From positions 26,982 through 90,981 of the IMG/VR virus record IMGVR_UViG_3300045988_122866: DNA of 64,000 bases. The stretch is one strand, 5' to 3'. Numbering within the stretch: position 1 is the first letter of the stretch; the number at the start of each line of letters is the position of its first letter. Below are positions 26,288 to 39,094 of this stretch, one piece after another. The notes beneath the pieces were generated by a model that was given only the letters and a program-made list of their open reading frames with translations, searched no databases and was not told the origin of the DNA. The stretch is from a virus. The position numbers were made by a program, and so were the translations under genes.

Positions 26288-26869
26288 TTGCCTAATACAT
26301 TAAATAAATATGTAAAATTTGTCAGAGGTTCTAAAACCGCTTTTGAAAATTTAGGGACGAAAAGAGACAATGATACTTTATATTTTATTTATGGAGAAAA
26401 TGATTCTTCTGGAGAACTTTATTTAGGTAGTCGTCTAATTTGCGGTGGAATTAGTTCCGCAGGTAAGTTAAGCGATTTAAGTGATATTGTTCTCAATGAA
26501 GTTAAGACAAATCAAGTTTTAATTTATAATGAAGAACAAAAGAAATGGGTTAATTAGGGTTTAGAAAATAATGAGACTTTAATTAATTCTATTGTTGAAA
26601 AATTATCTACAGAAGAAAATTTAGCTAAATTAGCTCCTGTTTTTAAGGGTACAGTCCCAGGTTTAGTTCCAGTTTCTTTACATGAAATCAAAGGAAAACA
26701 TATTCTTACTGATGCAGGCACATGGATTAATATGCCAGTAGGAACATTAACTTAGGGAGATATTGAAACAATTAATATAGCTAATAAATATTTAGTAGAT
26801 AAAGGTCCTGATAATTTGGTAACTCGTGTTGAAGCAGTTGAACAAACTGTTTCTTGGTCTGATATTTAA
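26288..26869 (+). CDS. Tail fiber / receptor-binding paralog A, about 193 aa
   Basis: TTG start after RBS AAAGGAG. Its N-terminal motif (KFVRGSKTAFENL…LYFIYGE) is shared with the genes at 26884, 28664 and 39095. Two in-frame TAG; stops at TAA. Confidence 0.55.
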
Positions 26870-26883
26870 AGGAGTGAAAAAGA

Positions 26884-28545
26884 TTGAACGTTAAGTTTTT
26901 AAAAGGTTCTCAAGCCGAATTTGAAAATGTGGCAGGCAGATATAAACCTGGTGCATTTTATTTAGTAATTAATGATGATAAGTCCGCAGAGGACTATAAA
27001 AAGCCAAGCCGTCTTTATTATGGCGTAGATGAAAATAATTGTGTTCCTGTAAATCAAGGTATTAATGTAGTTGATACTACCGCAGGTTTACCTCAAAGTT
27101 TTGCTCAAAACACTGCTGGTGAATTTTATTATGTAAAAGATAAAAATATTTTATGTATTAATAATGGTAAAGGTTGGATTCAAACTAACACCGATACTGT
27201 TTTAGATACTAATAAAAAAAATAGCAATGTATCAGTAAACAGCAATCCTGAAAAACCTAATGGAGTTTCTATAACTAATACTATTGCTGACAGTAGTGGT
27301 AATATTATTACTGAGACTTATGATATTATAGGTAGCGATTATATCCAAATTGAAGCAGTTCCTGCTGTTGATGATAAAGGTGTAGACACTGTTAAACTGA
27401 GTTTAAAAGGAATCAATTATCAATTAAGCTCTTCTTTAAATGAAAAAACTTTAAATGTTAATTTGAAAAATACTGATACTGACGCAGGTAATTTTAATAT
27501 TATTGCTGGTAGTAATGTTAATATTGCTGAAACTTCTACAGGAAACTATACATTAAGTGTAAATAAAGCTGTTGATAGTATTGATGTAGTTAATCACGGT
27601 ACTGGTACTGGTTTTACTGCTTCTATTAGTGGTCCTGGTGTTGAAGGAGCTGGTAATGGTACGACTTTATCTGCTGATATTGATCCAGAAATTGCTTTAG
27701 AAGGCAAGACTGGTAGCTACAAATTTAAAGATGGCGTTTTAACTCTTCCTGTTTATAGCAAACAAGATATTGATAATCAACTTAGAACTATTAATGCTAT
27801 GGTATTCCGTGGCGGATTCCAAGTTAAAGATGGAGCTATTGCTTATGATAATTCTGATATTACTGAAATTACTGAAGGTAATACCTTTATTTATACTGGA
27901 GCCGAAGATACACTTTGGAATGGTCATTATTTACGTCCTGGTGATTTAATTATTGCTTCTGGTGAAGAAGTTAATGGGGTTATTACTGGTACTATTAATT
28001 GGACCTATGTTCCTTCTGCCGATGATCCTGTTACTGAAATTGAAGGAGCCAATGATAATAGTACTGCTGGTTTTATCATTAAACTTGGTTCTACTAAAAA
28101 ACTTTTAGATTATGCTCTTAACGGTGAAAGTGGTATTGTTTTAGAAACAAAAGTTTTAACAGATTCAAAAGGTCAACCTACTAATTCTAAAGTTGTTACT
28201 ATTAAACATAGTAATACTTTAACTGTAAATACTCCAGTTTCTCAACCCTATGCTGATGAACAAACTATTACTATTAATGAGCCAACTGAAATTGATGCTC
28301 AAGGGCATGTAATTAAATCTACTCAAAAAACTTTTACTGTAAAAAATACTCATCAAGAAATTGCTAATGCAGATTATACGGTAAATGGTACTGATACTTT
28401 AATTCCTAATCTTAAAGTTGCTGGTGCTGATCTTGAAGGCAAACCGCTTGTTTTCACTAGTAATAGCCTAAAGGTTAATGTTTCTGCGGCGACTGCGACT
28501 GATGATGCTAAAGTTAATTTTGAGTTAGAGTGGGGAACATTCTAA
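26884..28545 (+). CDS. Tail fiber / receptor-binding paralog B, 553 aa with no TAG codons
   Basis: Intact in the supplied track. The N-terminus (KFLKGSQAEFENV…FYLV) matches the shared anchor motif. Confidence 0.65.
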   Translation: MNVKFLKGSQAEFENVAGRYKPGAFYLVINDDKSAEDYKKPSRLYYGVDENNCVPVNQGINVVDTTAGLPQSFAQNTAGEFYYVKDKNILCINNGKGWIQTNTDTVLDTNKKNSNVSVNSNPEKPNGVSITNTIADSSGNIITETYDIIGSDYIQIEAVPAVDDKGVDTVKLSLKGINYQLSSSLNEKTLNVNLKNTDTDAGNFNIIAGSNVNIAETSTGNYTLSVNKAVDSIDVVNHGTGTGFTASISGPGVEGAGNGTTLSADIDPEIALEGKTGSYKFKDGVLTLPVYSKQDIDNQLRTINAMVFRGGFQVKDGAIAYDNSDITEITEGNTFIYTGAEDTLWNGHYLRPGDLIIASGEEVNGVITGTINWTYVPSADDPVTEIEGANDNSTAGFIIKLGSTKKLLDYALNGESGIVLETKVLTDSKGQPTNSKVVTIKHSNTLTVNTPVSQPYADEQTITINEPTEIDAQGHVIKSTQKTFTVKNTHQEIANADYTVNGTDTLIPNLKVAGADLEGKPLVFTSNSLKVNVSAATATDDAKVNFELEWGTF

Positions 28546-28606
28546 GGGCAATACTATTTAATAATAAATATAATTTTTTCTATTTTATATAGAAGAATGT
28601 TTTTAT

Positions 28607-28644
28607 GGGGAAAGATGAAATATTCTTTCCCCATATTTTTTTTA
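28607..28644 (+). terminator. Rho-independent terminator
   Basis: Stem GGGGAAAGA / TCTTTCCCC followed by ATATTTTTTTT. Confidence 0.65.
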
Positions 28645-28663
28645 GGATAGAAAGGAGTAAATT

Positions 28664-31600
28664 ATGTCTAAGATACGTTTTCGTCCTGTATAGGGTCCAG
28701 AAGAAAAAATAAAAGAATATCCTCAAAGCGATGGATATTTTTATGTGGCAACAGATACAGGCCGAATTTATTTAGATACGGCAACTGAAAATAAAATGCC
28801 AATAGGGTCTAGTGGTGTTCAGGTAATTTACGGTACAGATAATACTGTAGAAATTGAATATGATGCGGATGAAAACCCAGTGGCTTATTTAATTCTTTTA
28901 TCAAAATTATCTATAACAAATTGTCATATAGATGATTTAATTTTAAATTTAGACGGATGTTTTTATCGAATTTTAGGATTTGCTTTAAATGAAAACCGCG
29001 AAGAATGTGCGAGATGTGAAAAATTAACTGTCGCCGGGGCGGGCGGTGGCGGAGAAGGAGACTCTGAACAAAAAGTTTTAGGAACTGTTTCTTTAACAAG
29101 AATTCCACCCGATAGTCCTGTTGATGTTTTGAATGAAGAAAATGTTAAAGTAAAGGTATTGGTTAAATGTAGAACTGTTGGAGGAGTTCCACAATCTTCT
29201 TCTGTGCAAGGAATTATAACTATAAGCGAAATTAAAAGTGCTACAGAAAAAGAAATTTATTATACTTCTCCTCCTACTACTTATGAGCATAATATTCCGC
29301 AAGAAATTGATTTAACTAATATTTTAAGAAATTCATGTTCTAGTGAAATTAATTTTAGTATTTATTATAATCCTGATAAAGAAAATAATAGATTTTAGAA
29401 AAGCTCTGATACTATTAATATTAATAAACATCATCTTTCTTTTACTTGGAAAGAAAGTAGTTTTAGTAATGATAGTCCAGTTGATAATGGACAAATATCT
29501 GTTAGTTGGTTAATGTCTGAAGATATTGCTAGATCTGTTGAAGTTTATTTTGATGATTATTTAGTTTTAGATAGAACTTATAGTGATACTGATTCTTCTT
29601 CTGAAGATTCTTTTGTTATTACTCCTGATACAAATATATTAGGGACTGATAAAGTTTCTACTTTAAAAAATTATTTTACTCATGGTGAGCATATAATAAA
29701 GGCAAAGTTATATTTAATGAATAATTCTAAAAAAGGTACAGGAACAGATTTTATTTAGAAAGAAATCGTTATTCAAGAACCAGGCAATAAAATGCCTTTA
29801 ATTTGGGTACAAGATTTTAAAACAGAATATTATACTTATGAGACAATAAGAATTCCTTTTAAAGTATTAGATCCAAATAATAATGGAGCTTTTATAACTC
29901 TTTATAAAAATGGTGTTCAAGTAGGAACTAGAGAATTAGATAGTTCGCAAGTTAGAGAATGGCAATATTGGGAAATTACTAATTTAACTGTAGATGATAG
30001 TTCTTATTATACTATTAAAGTTGGTACTGATCCTTATTCTTATTCTCGTAATTTTAATTTTACAATTTTAATTGACCCTTTAAGAGATATGAAGTTAGTA
30101 AAAAAAGATAATTTAAAGGTTAATTTTATAGCTACTGGTCGTTCTAATTCAGAAGGAAAATTAGGTCGTGAAACTTATTTAATTAATAATAATAAATATG
30201 TAGAATTTAAAAATTTTAACTGGTATAATAATGGTTGGGTTTTTGATGAAAATAATACGACTTGTTTACGAGTAAGCAATGGTGCTGAAGTATCTATCCC
30301 AGTCGGAAAAATGGCTTTTAAAGATGGATCATCATCTGCTACTATTGAGATTCAATTTAAAATAAAGAATCCTCAAAATTATGCTAAAGTTATAACTAAA
30401 TATACTAGATATAAAGTAAGTAAAGATAATTGGGAAGATAATGATGCTTGGGATAAATTTAAAGCCCAAAATAAATATCTTAATTATGATGAGTTTTTAA
30501 CTAAAGAATATTTACCGACAACTAATTATACTTATGATGATTTAGAATATAATAAAATAGAACAAGATTTTAATTTAAAGAATTTAGTTTGTGCATATGG
30601 TAAATTAGAGAATTCTGTTTCTCCTGGTATTTATTTTAGTCCATAGGATGCTGTATTTACAGCTAACGGGGCTCAAGAAACAGTTTCAGTTGATTTTATT
30701 GAAAATGAAATGCTAAATCTTTCATTTGTTTATACTAAAAAGAAAAGTGATATAGAAGGCGGAAATTCTAAATTATTAGAAATTTTTATGAATGGCGTTT
30801 TAACTAGTGTTGTACGTTGTAGTAGTGATGTTTGGAATATTGATTCTGATTTCATTAAATTTATGTCTAATACTTGTGATATTGATATTTATAGTATTAG
30901 AGTTTATGATACAGATTTAACTATTCCTGAAATAGTCCAAAATTACGCTTTTGATAAGAGAAGTATAAAACAGTGGGACCAAAAAGATCTTTATGAAAAC
31001 AATACGGTATTAAAAGATGATGTATTTTCTTATACTAAAATGAAAAAGTATAATGATAATCATCCGACTGAACCTTTAATGCCCTATATTATTCTAAGGA
31101 CTACTAAAAATAATAAAAATAATACGGATAATAGATTACCTTATTCTAAAGCAAAAGGAAGCTAGGAAGGAACTTTAGAATTTGTTAACACTGCTTTAGA
31201 CGCTGCTTACAATAGTGGTGAATTAGAAAAAGTTGCTATAAAAGAAGGATGGAAACCTGTAATCGAAAAAAATGAAGAAACATAGGAAGAAGTAGTAAAA
31301 TATACTGCGGTATAGAATTATTATATGCATCATTGTCCTAGTTTTATAACTGTTCTTAATGGATGTACTTTCCAAGTTCAAGGGACTTCTTCACAATTTT
31401 ATCCTCGTCGTAATTATAAAGCTAAATGCAAAGAATCAATGCTTTTAAATAGAGGCCCATTTGCTGAAGACTATAAAAAAGCAGGAGACTAGTATAATGA
31501 AGATATAACTAAACATCCTTGTTATTTAGAGTGGTTTTATATGGATAATAAGACAGTCGGTACTACTAAATTTACTTTAAAAATAGATTTTATGGAATCT

Positions 31601-34600
31601 TCTGGAGATTATAATAGAGGATTTGCTAATTTAGTTAACGAGATTTATTCTAAACATCCAGTAGAAGACTATAAAGATTCTTTTGATAATTATAATTTAT
31701 ATGGAAATTTAGAAGATTATCGCACTTCGGTAAAAGGATTCCCCGTTTTAGCTTTCCATTATATGTCCAACGATGATAATACTTACTCTAAGGAAAATAG
31801 TAATAACTGTATTTTTATTGGCAAATATAATATGTTATTAGATAAAGGCTCAGATGAATGTTTTGGATTTAAGCCAAATAAAAAGATTTTACAAAATCAA
31901 ATTACGGGCAACCCTAAAGTAAGAGATATGGCAGAATGTTGGGAATTTTAGAACAATTCAAGAACTTTTTGCTCTTTCCGCGACCCTTGGAATCGTTATA
32001 AATTATCATTTAGAAATCCTAATATGGTAATCCCTCCAGATGGAGATAATCCTGAATTAGTTAAAGGCGCTCCAAAAGTCGTTGATTCTTTTGAACCAAG
32101 ATATAATCCAAATGATGATTTAATTGCTGATAATTTATTTAGTTTAAAAGAGTGGCTTGATCCAGATGGGACATAGACTAAGATTGTTGGGGAAGAATTA
32201 AAAAATGTAGCCCCAGATAGACTTACTAAAAAAGAAATAGTTGATGAAATTACTGGTATAAAATCTATTAAATGGATTATAAAGAACCCAGACGGAGAAG
32301 AAATAGAATTTAATGTTGCTAATGATACAAGTAAACAAGAATTACTCTTAGCTTTAATGTCTAACTGGGAAGACGCAGTTAGTTGGGTGTGGAGTACTTG
32401 TTTAGATTGCGATATTGAATTTGATGATGGATAGAAATTAAAAATTCCATCTATGGGCATTTATACTAAAGTTGATGGATTAGCTGAAGCTATATATGTT
32501 CCTAATGTCTATTATGTTGAAGATGGAGTTAATGAAAATGGAAAAATTATTTATAAATTAGCTTCTGAAGAATATAACTCTGAAACAAGATATTATAAGT
32601 AGATTAATGAAAATAATAGTTTAAAGTATGTAAGCATAAAACTTACAAATAATTCAGATAAAGTATATAAAGCAAATATTTATTATCTTTTAACTGATAG
32701 TAAAAATGAAATTTATGTATTAAGTTCTGATAAATTTAATTCTTCTTTAGATTATTATTCTTTTAATAAAAATGAAGAAGGTATTGAGGAAAGATGGAAA
32801 TTACCTAATCCAGTAACCTATGGCTCTATTACTTATACTAAAGATAGTAAAGAATACCGTCAAGCTAAATTTAAAAATGAATTAAGTAATTTCTTTGATA
32901 TTGAATATTTAGCTTCTTACCTTTTAATGACAGAAATTTTTGAATGTTATGATTCTCGTGGAAAAAATGCAATGTTTGCTTCTTGGGGACCTCAAAAAGG
33001 TAATATTCAAAAATCTACTGGCAAACAACATTATATTTGGTATCCTATCTTTTATGATATTGATACTCAATTAGGTATTAATAATACTGGTATCCCATCT
33101 TTTGAATACTACATTGATGCTACTGAAGAAGGAAGTTTTTCAACTAATGATAGTGTTCTTTGGAATAATTTTTACACTTTCTTTAGAAGTAAGATGGTGG
33201 ATAAATATAAGCAATTAATGGGAACTCAAAATAATTCTTATAGTCCAAATGATTCAAGAGTAAATAAAATTTTTACCAAAGGAGCAGGAAGCGGGGCTAA
33301 AAAAAGTGATATTGTAGATAAATGGTATCGTACTGATCCATCGGTATTTCTTGATAGCTATGCCGTTCTAGGAGACAGACCAATTGTTGCCTTAAGTTTA
33401 GACGAAGAATTTAAGTATATTATTCCAACAAACTCTAAAGCCAAAGATATGCCAGTGTTTGGTCGTTTGACTGATGGAGGTTCATATGAGGTTGAAGATG
33501 ATAAATATTTTTATGCTTTGCAAGGAGATAGAAATCTTTATCGCGCGCAATTTTTAGCAAATCGTCTTAATTACATCGACTCTTGGTTAACCGTTGGTAC
33601 TTATGCTAGAAATGGTGGAGGAAGTTATATCAGAAGTCGTATTTCTGCGAATAATCCTAAAAATACGTCTGATAAATGGATTGAAGGTACTAATACTCAA
33701 AATATGGAAGGATTAATTACAAATTCTTAGTATTGGAAAAATAATGCTGAATTCGGAGAAAAAAATCATATTTTTGATGGTGAGTATTGGATTAATATGG
33801 AACCCGCCCGCAATGCTTATGTCACTATTGGTACAGATGGAGAGAATTTTCCTTCAAAGAAATATAATGGTTTAGAACCAGTTAAATATGTAGCTCCTGA
33901 TATTAAAAAAGGGATTATGAGTAGTGGTAATTATAAAGAACAATTATATTATATTTATGGAATGGATCAAATGAAATCTCTCGGTGATTTAAGTAAATTA
34001 TATTTCCAAGAGTTCGCGGCTGAAGGAAAAATGGAGCGTTTAACTGATTTATTATTAGGATATGATGGAAAAGATGAAAGTGGTAATGAATATTTTAATA
34101 ATGATGTAAATGACTGGTCCTTCTCAAAAGGCGGAATGCCTTTACTTAAAGAAATGAATCTTTGTAATATTAACTTTAAAAAAGACTAGGGGGCATTAGA
34201 TTTAACTAAAAGTGAAAAACTTGAAAACTTTAGAAATACTAAATCTAATATCCCGAGAGTTAATTTTGCTCCTGGAGTAGCTTTAAATACTTTATATTTA
34301 ACCAATCGAACAAATTATTTAAGTTTAATAGAAGCTAATTTATTAACGAAATTAATAACTAACTATATATATCCTGAAAAAAATCCAATTACTGGAAAAC
34401 TTGAGGTCTCAGATGAAAATCGTGGTTTATATATTCAAGGTCTTACTGATGCTGAAGAAGGAAAAGAAAAAACCGAGATAAGAACTTTTGATATTCGAGG
34501 CGGTAATTTAGGTTATAATAGTTATGAATTGTTACGCAAATATATTTCAGCTAGTAAAAATAGTAAATTAGATTTATCTAATTGTATTATTAATTTAAAT

Positions 34601-36409
34601 AATGTTTAGTGGAGTCCATATAGACTTCTAACTGACACTAAAACAACTCTTGATCCAGAAAGAAAATCTTATTATAGAGATAATGGACATTTTTAGTTGG
34701 TAGCTATTCCAAAAGATTAGGTTAATAAAATAACAAAATCTGATATTAAAAATAATTAGATTTATTATTTAGATACAATAAATGGAGACAATAATAATCA
34801 TAGTATAATAACTGATTATAATTTATTAATTGATATTTATAATAATTATAGGGGTCTTAATACTAATAAGCCAGAAATATCTGGTGTTATGTATATAAAA
34901 AATAATAATTAGATTGATGAATCTATTATCTAGACTGAGTTATAGGATAAATACCCTGATTTAATAATTTTTGTAGAAAATGTTAAACAAGAATGTTCTG
35001 CCAAGTTTATTTTAGAAAAAGAAGATATTGATGGAGTATTAATTTAGGAGGTTCTAAAAACTTAGAAATTACCCTTATCTAGCAGTAAATTCTTTGATGA
35101 TCCAACAAATTCTTCTAGCGAAACTTATATTTCTTTTGGTAGCTTACAAGAAAAAATGCCAACTTATGATTTTAAAGGTTGGGAAGATGATACGGGGGAA
35201 TTAGTAATTACTGTTGGAAAAAATGTAAATGAAGAAGACGTTGTTTTAAAAAGCGATTGGAATTCTTTGTCTTTACAATCTAATAAAATGGATTATATTT
35301 TTAAAGCGAGATTTGAACGCAAATCTTATACGATCACTTTCGTTAATGGTGACCGCGTTATTAATGATTCAACTGTAAAGAAAGTATTTAATTATGGTGA
35401 AAGAATTACTGTTCCAGAAGAATTTTATTATTTTAATAATACAGAAGTATCTGATTTACCAGAAGGTGAAGACTCATTAGAATGGACTTGGAGATAGACG
35501 GGATGGGCGGATAAAGATGGAGTTAAAATTGATTTAACTAAACAATTAGCCTATGCTGACCGCGAATTCTACGCTGTTGGAGAGCCGATTAGTGTTTATG
35601 ATAATATTTTAACTAATGATTCTACTCATAAATATTATGATATTATAAATTCTGATGGAGAGTTATCATTTGTAATGACTGACTTAGCTAAGAATTTAAA
35701 AGGTAAAGTTACTTTACCTACAACTTATAACGGTTAGCCGATTACAAGAATTAAATATAGCCAAGTTAATCCATCAGCAGCAGTTGGTATTCAAGTAAAT
35801 CCTAATATCACTGCGATATTTTTTGCTCCAAAAGATAGCAATAAAATTTCTGTAATAGATGATTATGCTTTTATTTTAGATAGTGGGTTAGAATATTTCC
35901 AATTTAGTGATTGTTTAAAGAAAATTGGTACTAAAGCATTTTATCAATGTCCTTTAAGTCGTAATAACATAATTCCTTATTCTTCTTCTACTGAAGGTTT
36001 GACTTTTGGAGCTCAAGCATTTTATCAAAGTAAGATGGGTTCTTATTCTCCTTATAATTTAATTATAGAGGGATGCAAAGACGGTATTCTTAATTTTGAT
36101 ATAAATGCATTTTCTGGTCAGACAATTTTAAATATGTCTGGTAATTAGTTTAAAGGTTATACTGGCGCTATTCAAGTATAGATTGGTACTAATAAACACC
36201 CAATTAAACAAATTACAGCAGATAGCTCTGGCAATATTTTTACTCCTCGTCAAACTGGTATGCCTACAGTGGCTAATGGATACACAGGTCGTTTTAGATA
36301 TTATTATGTTGCTAGTTATGGTGAAAGTATTAAAAATACTTTACACAATATTTATGAAGCAATGATATCTAATAGAGCGAATTTTGAAGAAGAGCCTATT
36401 GTAAAGTGA
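28664..36409 (+). CDS. Giant tail fiber / receptor-binding protein of about 2581 aa with a BspA-type leucine-rich-repeat C-terminal region
   Basis: Frame 2 runs from ATG 28664 (RBS AAAGGAG) to TGA 36407-36409 with about 45 in-frame TAG and no TAA/TGA. It joins tool ORFs 28745, 29513, 29792, 30710, 31541, 32927, 33797 and 35156. The N-terminus carries the shared fiber anchor motif. The C-terminal third has a Flg_new / Listeria-Bacteroides-repeat-like segment and BspA-like LRR repeats (…ISVIDDYAFILDSGLEYFQFSDCLKKIGTKAFYQC…). Confidence 0.65.
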
Positions 36410-36418
36410 GGATAAATT

Positions 36419-36619
36419 ATGGAAAAAGAAATTGTTTATAGATATATGGGTTCTAATGGTATTATTGAATCTTCTATATAGTTAACAGGAATTCCTGTGA
36501 CTAAATTATATAGATTAATAGCGGATTATAATAAAAAATTAACGAGAGATGGAAAAGAATTCTTTTCCATCTCTCCTTTAGTTCCCGAAGATGAATTAGA
36601 AGAATGGTATGAGGTCTAA
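36419..36619 (+). CDS. Small protein of 66 aa downstream of the giant fiber gene
   Basis: ATG immediately after the giant fiber gene's stop. One in-frame TAG; stops at TAA 36617-36619. Confidence 0.35.
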
Positions 36620-36653
36620 ATAGGCCAGAATACATTGATTTAAATATAAAAAA

Positions 36654-36697
36654 AATTAGGTTAAATAGGAAAAGAAACTATTTAACCTAATTTTTTT
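36654..36697 (+). terminator. Rho-independent terminator
   Basis: Perfect 15-bp stem AATTAGGTTAAATAG / CTATTTAACCTAATT followed by TTTTTTT. Confidence 0.7.
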
Positions 36698-36715
36698 AGA
36701 AAGGAAGAGATAGAT

Positions 36716-38395
36716 TTGATAGTTAAAAATGATAGTGTTATCGAACAAGCTAAATGGGAAGAGCTTCAAAAGAAAATCAATACTTTAGCTAAAGATAACT
36801 CAATAAAAAACGTTAATGGAAAAATCGTTGAAATAAAATCTATTGAAGACTATTATAGTAATATCACTGGTATCGTTCAAATGAAGAAATTAGATCCATC
36901 TGTTCTTCGTATACCTTTAGATGAACCTATTATAAATATAAACGCTGATACTCGTCAAATTGAATTAACTAAAGAATTTGGAAAAACTCAATTACTTACT
37001 GTTGAAAATGATCATTTGGCAGAAACAATTTATTTTCAAATTGATAGATATTTTGATCTACAAGATTTAGCAGCTGATGATATTAAAATTTATATTTAGT
37101 ATTATTTAAATGATCAAATTCAAGGTTATTCTGAAGCTATTTGCCCCGATATTGGTACTGCTGGAAAATTAATTTTTGGTTGGCAAATTAGTGATGAAGT
37201 AACTAGTGAGTCTGGTACTTTATAGTTTTCTATTATTTTCTTCAAAAAGAATCCAAAAGATAATAATAATTTAATGTATGTATTTAATACATTACCTGCG
37301 CAAATGGTTATTAATAAAACTTTAGATATTGATGAAGATTTAGTCACTGCGCAACCGGTTGATTATTTAACTGGGTATTTAGAAAGTTTAATTGATTCAA
37401 AGAAATCCGCGGGCTTTGGAGTTCCTGATAATGTGGCTTTCTTGACAAGTATTTTAAATAATAAATCAGTTTATTTAACTGGCGATAAATTATATGCTTT
37501 AGCTTATAATGATACTTTAAACAATCCAGATAATACTACTATTGAATATAAATGGATTTGTAACTATAGAGGAACTAATACTGAATTAAAAAATGGTATC
37601 GGCTATGAATACAAAAAAATTGTTGAAGATGGTAGTATTTTTAGTGGAGATATGACTTATAATGAGAAATTAACTTATTTCACTAAAAATGGAGACTCTT
37701 ATATTAATAGTAGCAGTGATATTAATCTTGAGAACTATACTGCTAAGAAAAACGATCTCTACCTAAAAGTTCAATACTGCGAAGTTGATGGATGTGGAAG
37801 TTATAGCGTTACCGCATTTGGTACAACTGCCAATCAAGTGAGTAAAGAAGTTAAATGGGCTGGATTAGCTATTTCTGTTGAAGGAATTAGTGAAGATTTT
37901 AGAATTGTTCTTGATCCTTCCCCTGATAATGGATGTTATTATGGTTCTTCTAATACTATTACTGCTGTTGGATAGAATGATGAAGGCGTTCAGTGTACTT
38001 ATCTTTGGAAAAAGAATGGCTCTGATTTTAGCACTGAAAAAACTGTAACTTTAACTAAAGAGGATAATTATACTTTATCAGTTCATGGTTATAAAAATAA
38101 AGACAATATAGATTATCCTACAATTAGTTTTACTAATTATTTTGACCCAACTAATTTAGTTCCTGTTATTAAAGAAGTTTCAATTGAAAATGGAAAATAT
38201 ATTGTTAAACTCGAAAATACTAGTGAGTTAGGCAATGGTATTTATGAATATCAATGGAAAAATGCGAATGGTCTTACTCAAAAAACAACTTCTGAAAATT
38301 CAACAGAAGTAGATGAAAATATTACTCAAGTAGCTGTAATTATCTAGAAAGGTGAAAGAAAATCAAAACCAGGAACCTTTAAGATTGAGGGGTAA
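36716..38395 (+). CDS. Structural protein of about 559 aa, paralogous at its N-terminus to the next gene
   Basis: TTG start after RBS GAAAGGAAGAG. Frame 2 runs to TAA 38393-38395 through TAG only and includes tool ORF 37274. Confidence 0.55.
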
Positions 38396-38400
38396 GATAA

Positions 38401-39021
38401 ATGATAACTAATCCAACTGATTATTATAGTGTTTTACATCAAATACAAGATGAAAACTTTCCAGTTAAGTATCCTGCTCTTCCAGCCCCAGAAGATGAAA
38501 AGTTAGTTTAGATAGATTTAAACTCAAGAACTATTAGTAATGAAAATAGTTATATTACAGTTGAAGGCGATCACGCTGCTGAAATTATTTATTTTGAAAT
38601 AGATAGATATTTTGATACTATGGATTTAACTAATATGATGTGTATTATTTAGTATATTAATGCTGATAATGAAAAACGCATTTATCCCGTTCCATATTAT
38701 GATACTTTAACTCACAAAGATAAAATTATTTTTCCTTGGGTTTTAAATTATAGTGCTACTAAAAAATCTGGTACTTTAAATTATATGATAACTTTTTATA
38801 AAATAGAAAAAGATTCTAATAATTTACTATATAATTTAAATACATTACCAGCAAGTCTTTAGGTTTATTCTAAACTTAATTTAGATTCTATCGTAAAAGA
38901 AGAAGATTATTATGTAATTGATGATAGCCAAGTAGTACAACAAATTTGGGAACGCTTAGCACGTTTAGAAGGATTTGTTGGCGGTAATGGGTTGGATGTT
39001 TATTGGATTGTTCTCGAATAA
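38401..39021 (+). CDS. Structural protein of about 206 aa, a paralog of the N-terminal region of the 36716 gene
   Basis: Shared motifs with the upstream gene: DH.AE.IYF.IDRYFD … NTLPA. Frame 1 runs to TAA 39019-39021 with 4 in-frame TAG. Confidence 0.5.
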
Positions 39022-39029
39022 ATAAACTA

Positions 39030-39070
39030 AATGGTATAGAATTATTAATTTAATTCTATACCATTAATTT
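39030..39070 (+). terminator. Hairpin terminator
   Basis: Stem AATGGTATAGAATT / AATTCTATACCATT. The downstream T-run is weak. Confidence 0.45.
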
Positions 39071-39094
39071 ATAGAAAGGAGTTATTGAAGATCG

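Noticed and set aside
31996-32460. Antisense and shadow ORFs of 60-154 aa are reported in the track at 2494-2805(-), 4814-5005(-), 9901-10092(+), 25863-26099(-), 27739-27927(-), 28911-29302(-), 31996-32460(-), 36183-36365(+), 37126-37347(-), 42460-42654(+), 42951-43293(+/-), 43451-43654(-), 43915-44133(-), 45167-45412(+), 47492-48095(+), 48353-48866(+/-), 50508-51006(+), 52131-52370(+), 54333-54524(+), 56537-56743(+), 60961-61279(+) and 63398-63673(+).
   Set aside because: All lie in alternative frames or on the opposite strand inside much longer, well-supported genes. They have low-complexity Ile/Leu/Phe/Asn-rich translations typical of AT-rich shadow frames.
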